Assembly: GCF_000014785.1 (NCBI RefSeq)
Contig: NC_008340.1
Location: 1,230,001-1,262,000, forward strand
Source of the DNA: Alkalilimnicola ehrlichii MLHE-1
GTDB taxonomy: Bacteria > Pseudomonadota > Gammaproteobacteria > Nitrococcales > Halorhodospiraceae
Length of the DNA stretch: 32,000 nucleotides
Reading direction: 5' to 3'
Both the position numbers and the translations under genes were made by a program. Numbering within the stretch: the stretch's first letter is position 1; each line of letters opens with the position of its first letter. Shown piece by piece: positions 27,820 through 32,000 of the stretch. Below the pieces are notes generated by a model, which saw only the letters and a program-made list of their open reading frames with translations, was not told the DNA's origin and did not search any database.

Positions 27820-28401
27820 ATGACTGATCGGCGTACCCTGTTGAAGCTGTTTTCCGGCCTCCCCCTAGTGGGCCTGACGGTGGCGTGCAGCGAGACGGAG
27901 GACCAGACAGCGGCCTGCTCACCCAGGCCCTTCCACGACGATGAACTCTGTGTGTTGTGCGGCATGACGATTGTCGAATACCCCGGGCCGAAAGCCCAGG
28001 CCTGTGTCGATGACGGCACCCGGAACCTGGGATTTTGCTCCACCACTGACCTGTTTGCCTGGGCACTGCAGCCGGAGAACGCCACCCGGCTGCGCCGGGC
28101 CTACGTCCATGACATGGAGGGGCAGTCGTGGGAGTCCCCCGATGACAGCCTGCTGATGGTGGCTAAGCAGGCATATTACGTCGTCGGCGATCCCCGGATC
28201 GCTGCCATGGGCCTGACTCTGGTGCCCTTCGGTGACGACCGGCGGGCCGAAGCGCATAAACAGCACCTGGTCGATAACGGTGTGGACGACGCCCACATCC
28301 TGACCTACGACGAGATCGACTGGGATGTCCTAAACGAACTGAGTTCCGCGGTCGGCTCGATGGACTTCGAGCGCGCGCGGGAAATCATGGGTGACATGTG
28401 A
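27820..28401 (+). CDS. nosL: NosL-like copper-binding lipoprotein (copy 1)
   Basis: Lipobox GLTVACSE, LCVLCGMTIVEYPGPKAQACVDDGTRNLGFCSTTDLFAW. Confidence 0.93.
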   Translation: MTDRRTLLKLFSGLPLVGLTVACSETEDQTAACSPRPFHDDELCVLCGMTIVEYPGPKAQACVDDGTRNLGFCSTTDLFAWALQPENATRLRRAYVHDMEGQSWESPDDSLLMVAKQAYYVVGDPRIAAMGLTLVPFGDDRRAEAHKQHLVDNGVDDAHILTYDEIDWDVLNELSSAVGSMDFERAREIMGDM

Positions 28402-29153
28402 TGCAGGAAGGAAAGATTCAAGAAGAGTCCGATTATGAGGTCTCCAGCTGGGGGCAACTGGCCCCTGGCGAGGAGGTGCAGCGGGGACCGATGCTGATCT
28501 CGGACTGGAGCACCAACGAGCGGCCGGTGGCATCCGTGATCTGGCTGCACGGCCTTGGTGCGAATGGGACCGACTTTGATGGGGTTTTCCCCAAGATGCG
28601 GCAAACCAACCGTATTGGCATCCACCACGTGGTGCCCCACGCCCCGGTGCGGCGGATCACCGTGAACGACGGGGGGCTGCTCAGGGGGTGGTTTGATCTG
28701 TTCAGTCTGGATCTCGACGCCGAGGAGGATGTCGAGGGCATCCGCGATAGCCATGAACGGATCGTTGATCTGATCAGAGATGAGCAGGATGCAGGCATCC
28801 CGGCCAACCGGATCGTGCTGGCGGGCTACTCCCAGGGCGGCGCCATGGCCCTGCACACGGGGTTGCGGTACCCGGAGCCGCTCGCGGGCGTGGTCTGCCT
28901 TTCCGGCTATCTGCCGTTGCCGGAAACGCTGCAGGCGGAACAGCACCACGCCAACGCCGGTACCCCCATCTTCATGGCCCATGGCACGCGCGATGATGTC
29001 ATGGACTTCGGGCGTGCCGAGCAGGGGCGCGAGAAGCTGAAGGCCCTCGGTCACGACGTGCATTGGGAGGATTACCCGATTATGCATGAGGTGTGCATTG
29101 AGGAAATGGACGCGCTGGATGAGTGGCTCATGGCGCGCCTGAAGCAGGACTGA
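28398..29153 (+). CDS. Alpha/beta hydrolase, carboxylesterase/phospholipase-like
   Basis: VIWLHGLGANGTDF; nucleophile GYSQGGAMA; VCLSGYLP; GTRDDVM; final catalytic His region HEVC. GTG start overlaps nosL stop. Confidence 0.88.
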   Translation: MMQEGKIQEESDYEVSSWGQLAPGEEVQRGPMLISDWSTNERPVASVIWLHGLGANGTDFDGVFPKMRQTNRIGIHHVVPHAPVRRITVNDGGLLRGWFDLFSLDLDAEEDVEGIRDSHERIVDLIRDEQDAGIPANRIVLAGYSQGGAMALHTGLRYPEPLAGVVCLSGYLPLPETLQAEQHHANAGTPIFMAHGTRDDVMDFGRAEQGREKLKALGHDVHWEDYPIMHEVCIEEMDALDEWLMARLKQD

Positions 29154-29186
29154 TGGGTCTCCGGTCACCTATTCGAGGTCACACAA

Positions 29187-29801
29187 TTGAACAGCATTAC
29201 CCAGAACTTTGGGGCTCATGGCCGCCTTCTGACCGCTCTGGCCGTTGCACTCCTCGGGGGCGGTTTCGCCTCCTCGGCTGCGGCCTGCCTGGAGGCCGGC
29301 GAGGAGACAGTCGGCGAGGTCAGTGATTCCTTCTGTGGTCAGGAGGGCTGGCCGCTCTTTTATGCCGGTGAGGTTGACGGGATCAAGACCTTCTTCGACG
29401 CCGAGTCCGGTGATCCGCAGATGCGATGGGACAGCGCCACCTGCCATCAGTGCGTGGGCGGCGTGGACACCTCATTTTCGGATGGTTACAGCAACACCTA
29501 CGAAGTGCTGTGGGACTACGGCGACTCCGACGGCCTTGAAGGGTTTGATAGCGCTCGTTACTGCGCGGAGAAAGGCGAGGGGTGGTTCCTGCCCGCCATA
29601 GAGCAATTGGAACTGGTCTGGGAAAACCGGGACCGGATCGACTACTCGCAGGTCGGATGGTCCGATTCCGCGATGCCCTATTGGTCATCCACCGTGGACA
29701 AGGATACCGGCCAGGTACTGCATGTGCGGTTCATGGACGGTCAGCGGGCCATGTTTTTTACGCATTTCAGTCGGCTGGTGCGCTGTGCCCGGGCTGAATG
29801 A
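29187..29801 (+). CDS. Exported DUF1566/Lcl-C-like protein
   Basis: Signal peptide LLTALAVALLGGGFASSAAA; GEGWFLPAIEQLELVW and YWSSTVDKDTGQVLHVRFMDGQ typical of the family. Likely TTG start. Confidence 0.7.
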   Translation: MNSITQNFGAHGRLLTALAVALLGGGFASSAAACLEAGEETVGEVSDSFCGQEGWPLFYAGEVDGIKTFFDAESGDPQMRWDSATCHQCVGGVDTSFSDGYSNTYEVLWDYGDSDGLEGFDSARYCAEKGEGWFLPAIEQLELVWENRDRIDYSQVGWSDSAMPYWSSTVDKDTGQVLHVRFMDGQRAMFFTHFSRLVRCARAE

Positions 29802-29823
29802 GGGTGTACAGAGGTAGAGGTAT

Positions 29824-30369
29824 ATGCTGACCAGGCGGTCCGCGATCATCCTGCTGGGACTCTCCCCCCTGATTGCGTTGAAGGGCTGTGGGGACGGATT
29901 GCGGGCCCAGTGTGATGCGGCCACCACGGCATCGGATGAGCGCTGTGCGCAATGCGGCATGGTGGTCGTGGACTATCCCGGCCCCAAGGGGCAGGTCTGC
30001 GTGGATGATGGCCGGAAGAACCTCAGTTTCTGCTCCACCACAGACCTGTTTGCCTGGGTGATGCAGGCGGAGAATGCTGGCCGTGTTCGCCAGGCGTACG
30101 TGCATGACCTGGGGGAGACCGACTGGGAGCAGCCGGACGACACGGCGTTGATCGTGGCCGATAAGGCGCTGTACGTCATGGGGGATCGCAGGATGGGGGC
30201 CATGGGGCCGACCCTCATCCCGTACGCCAGCGAACAGAAAGCCGAGCGCCACGCCCAGTCGCTTGAGAAGGGCCAGGTGCTCACCTATGAGGAGATCGAC
30301 TGGGATGTCCTCAACGCTGTCACTCAATCAATGCTGGACAGCCCGGAAAGGCCCGAATATAGGCGGTGA
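29824..30369 (+). CDS. NosL-like copper-binding lipoprotein (copy 2)
   Basis: MLTRRSAIILLGLSPLIALKGCGD; RCAQCGMVVVDYPGPKGQVCVDDGRKNLSFCSTTDLFAW, closely similar to copy 1. Confidence 0.9.
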   Translation: MLTRRSAIILLGLSPLIALKGCGDGLRAQCDAATTASDERCAQCGMVVVDYPGPKGQVCVDDGRKNLSFCSTTDLFAWVMQAENAGRVRQAYVHDLGETDWEQPDDTALIVADKALYVMGDRRMGAMGPTLIPYASEQKAERHAQSLEKGQVLTYEEIDWDVLNAVTQSMLDSPERPEYRR

Positions 30370-30428
30370 CCCCAAACCCGCGGTGGGTGATCCCGCGGTT
30401 TTTCAGAAACTGGTACGAGGATATTCCG

Positions 30429-30803
30429 ATGAAGAGTTATTCTTTGCCCCTGGTGGTGACTTTGGCACTGCTCGTATGGTCCGTGGCGGGGCTGGCCCAG
30501 GATGTTGAGCGATCTGAAGTCTACCCGGTGAACGGGATTTTTGTCTCCTATGATGAGGCGGATCATGAAATTGTGGTGATTCATGAGGAGGTGCCCCAGG
30601 TCATGCGGGCCATGCGCATGATGCTCCGCCTGCCGGAAGGCGAGCCGGCCCCGCAATTCACCCACGGTGACAAAATTCGTTTTGGGATGCAGCGGCGTGC
30701 CGTTCAGGGCCACCAATGGTTCGCAATGGACCTCGAACCGTTACCGGAAGAGACCGCGCTGGTGCTGCCGGAGAAGGCGCTGGAACGCGAGGGGCTGAAA
30801 TAA
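30429..30803 (+). CDS. Periplasmic CusF-like putative copper-binding protein
   Basis: MKSYSLPLVVTLALLVWSVAGLAQ signal; VNGIFVSYDEADHEIVVIHEEVPQVMRAMRMMLRLPEG...FTHGDKIRFGMQ follows the CusF pattern, with MRM but no Trp in the usual place. Confidence 0.6.
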   Translation: MKSYSLPLVVTLALLVWSVAGLAQDVERSEVYPVNGIFVSYDEADHEIVVIHEEVPQVMRAMRMMLRLPEGEPAPQFTHGDKIRFGMQRRAVQGHQWFAMDLEPLPEETALVLPEKALEREGLK

Positions 30804-30861
30804 AAAACAAGAAAGTTCCTGAGGGGCCGGCGTTGGGCTGAGCCTCTGACTTCCTCCGTGT

Positions 30862-30894
30862 ACCCCGGGTCGGCTTGTCCATCCGGGGTTTTTT
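30862..30894 (+). terminator. Rho-independent terminator at the end of the nos cluster
   Basis: ACCCCGG-N14-CCGGGGT followed by TTTTTT. Confidence 0.8.
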
Positions 30895-30920
30895 CTGTCT
30901 GCCGGCTGGTGCGTCCCGGG

Positions 30921-32000
30921 CTAGCCGCCGGCCCCGTCGCCTCTATCCGGGCCCCGGGGCAGGCGCTCGCGGGGCAGGTGGCAAAGCACCCGGTGTCCCG
31001 GCGCCGGCCCGTGGTCCGGCGGCGGCGAGTGCGCGCAAATCGGCAGTACGTAGGGGCAACGGGTGTGGAAGGGGCACCCCTCGGGACGCCCCGCCGGGCC
31101 CGGGTTGTGGCCCGGCAGGCGGACCGGCGGGCGCCAGGCCCGGCCCGGATCCGGCGTGGCGGCCAGCAGGGCCGCGGTGTAGGGGTGGCCGGGGCCTGCA
31201 AAGACCGCCTCCACCGGGCCCTCCTCGACCACCTCGCCCAGGTACATCACCGCCACCCGGTCGGCCAGATAGCGCACCACCGCCAGGTCGTGGGAGATGA
31301 ACAGGTAGGCCGCGCCGGTCTCCGCCTGCAGGCGCAAGAGCAGTTCTAGGATGGCGGCCTGAACCGAAACGTCCAGGGCCGAGGTGGGCTCGTCCAGCAC
31401 CACCAGCTCCGGGGCACCGGCAAAGGCCCGGGCGATGGCGGCCCGTTGCCGCTGGCCGCCGGAGAGCTGCCCCGGGCGCCTTGCGCCCAACTCGCCGCTC
31501 AGTGCCACGCTGCCGAGCAGGGCAAGGGCCCGCTCGCGGGCCTGTTTTCGGCGCAGTCCACCCAGGGTGCGCGCCGCGCGCTGGAGCATGCTGGCGAGCC
31601 GGTGGCTGGGGTTGAGGGTGTCGTCCGGTGACTGGAACACCATCTGCAGACGGCGTAGGGTTCGTCCGCTGCGGCGGCGGAGGCGGCCGGCCAGGGGCTT
31701 GCCCTGAAGCTCCAAGGTACCTGCCGTGGCGGGCTTGAGCCCGGTGACGGCCCGGGCCAGGGTGGTCTTGCCGCTGCCGGACTCACCGACTAGCGCCAGG
31801 GTCTGCCCGCCGCCCAGGGTTAGTGAGACCTCCCGCAGCACCCGGACCCGGCCGTAATCGACGTTGAGGCCCTCGATCTTTAGGGCCGGGGGCCGGCCGT
31901 CGTCGGGCGTGGCGTCGGGCCGGGGCGCGGCGCGACTCGGGCGGACCGCCTGACCGGCGAGGTCCGGGAGCAGGCACCGGCTCTGCTGACTGGGCGCCAC
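30921..32000 (-). CDS. Oligopeptide/dipeptide-type ABC transporter ATP-binding domain (possibly C-terminal half of a two-ABC fusion; partial at window edge)
   Basis: LALVGESGSGKTTLAR, QMVFQSPDDTLNPSHRL, QLSGGQRQRAAIARAF, VLDEPTSALDVSVQ, C-terminal GCPFHTRCPYVLPIC. N-terminal residues look like a linker. Confidence 0.88.
   Translation of the reverse strand: MAPSQQSRCLLPDLAGQAVRPSRAAPRPDATPDDGRPPALKIEGLNVDYGRVRVLREVSLTLGGGQTLALVGESGSGKTTLARAVTGLKPATAGTLELQGKPLAGRLRRRSGRTLRRLQMVFQSPDDTLNPSHRLASMLQRAARTLGGLRRKQARERALALLGSVALSGELGARRPGQLSGGQRQRAAIARAFAGAPELVVLDEPTSALDVSVQAAILELLLRLQAETGAAYLFISHDLAVVRYLADRVAVMYLGEVVEEGPVEAVFAGPGHPYTAALLAATPDPGRAWRPPVRLPGHNPGPAGRPEGCPFHTRCPYVLPICAHSPPPDHGPAPGHRVLCHLPRERLPRGPDRGDGAGG

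Noticed and set aside
28305-29168. 287-aa minus-strand ORF opposite the hydrolase
   Set aside because: Complements a clear alpha/beta hydrolase with catalytic motifs.

Overview
GC-rich gammaproteobacterial-type chromosome window (taxon is inference) with four blocks. (1) 1-4.5 kb, minus strand: tetR - RND membrane fusion protein - RND permease operon with ATGA overlaps and a candidate TetR operator. (2) 4.77-8.48 kb: a 1237-aa multidomain flavin/Fe-S-type oxidoreductase, followed by a REP-like repeat region. (3) 9.08-18.2 kb: a compact integrated element of about 9.1 kb, bounded by a 48-bp perfect direct repeat made of the 3' part of tRNA-Asn(GUU). It carries a tyrosine integrase whose box-I Arg looks replaced by His, an AlpA-like regulator, a 925-aa primase/ATPase, a putative small terminase subunit, a Cys/His mini-protein and a complete large terminase (TerL), but no recognisable portal, capsid or tail gene. 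It also has GTGCACCCA bipartite repeats near both ends and a G-rich 30-bp inverted repeat that could be an origin or regulatory site. This looks like a capsid-less, terminase-bearing phage satellite or mobile element and is the best novelty candidate. (4) 18.3-30.9 kb: a nitrous-oxide-reduction (nos) cluster: Crp/Fnr regulator, two small cytochromes c, nosR, nosZ, nosD, nosF, nosY and nosL, then an unusual tail of alpha/beta hydrolase, exported DUF1566-like protein, a second nosL and a CusF-like protein. A convergent Opp/Dpp-type ABC ATPase fills the right edge. No searches were run; family names rest on motifs and recalled family features.
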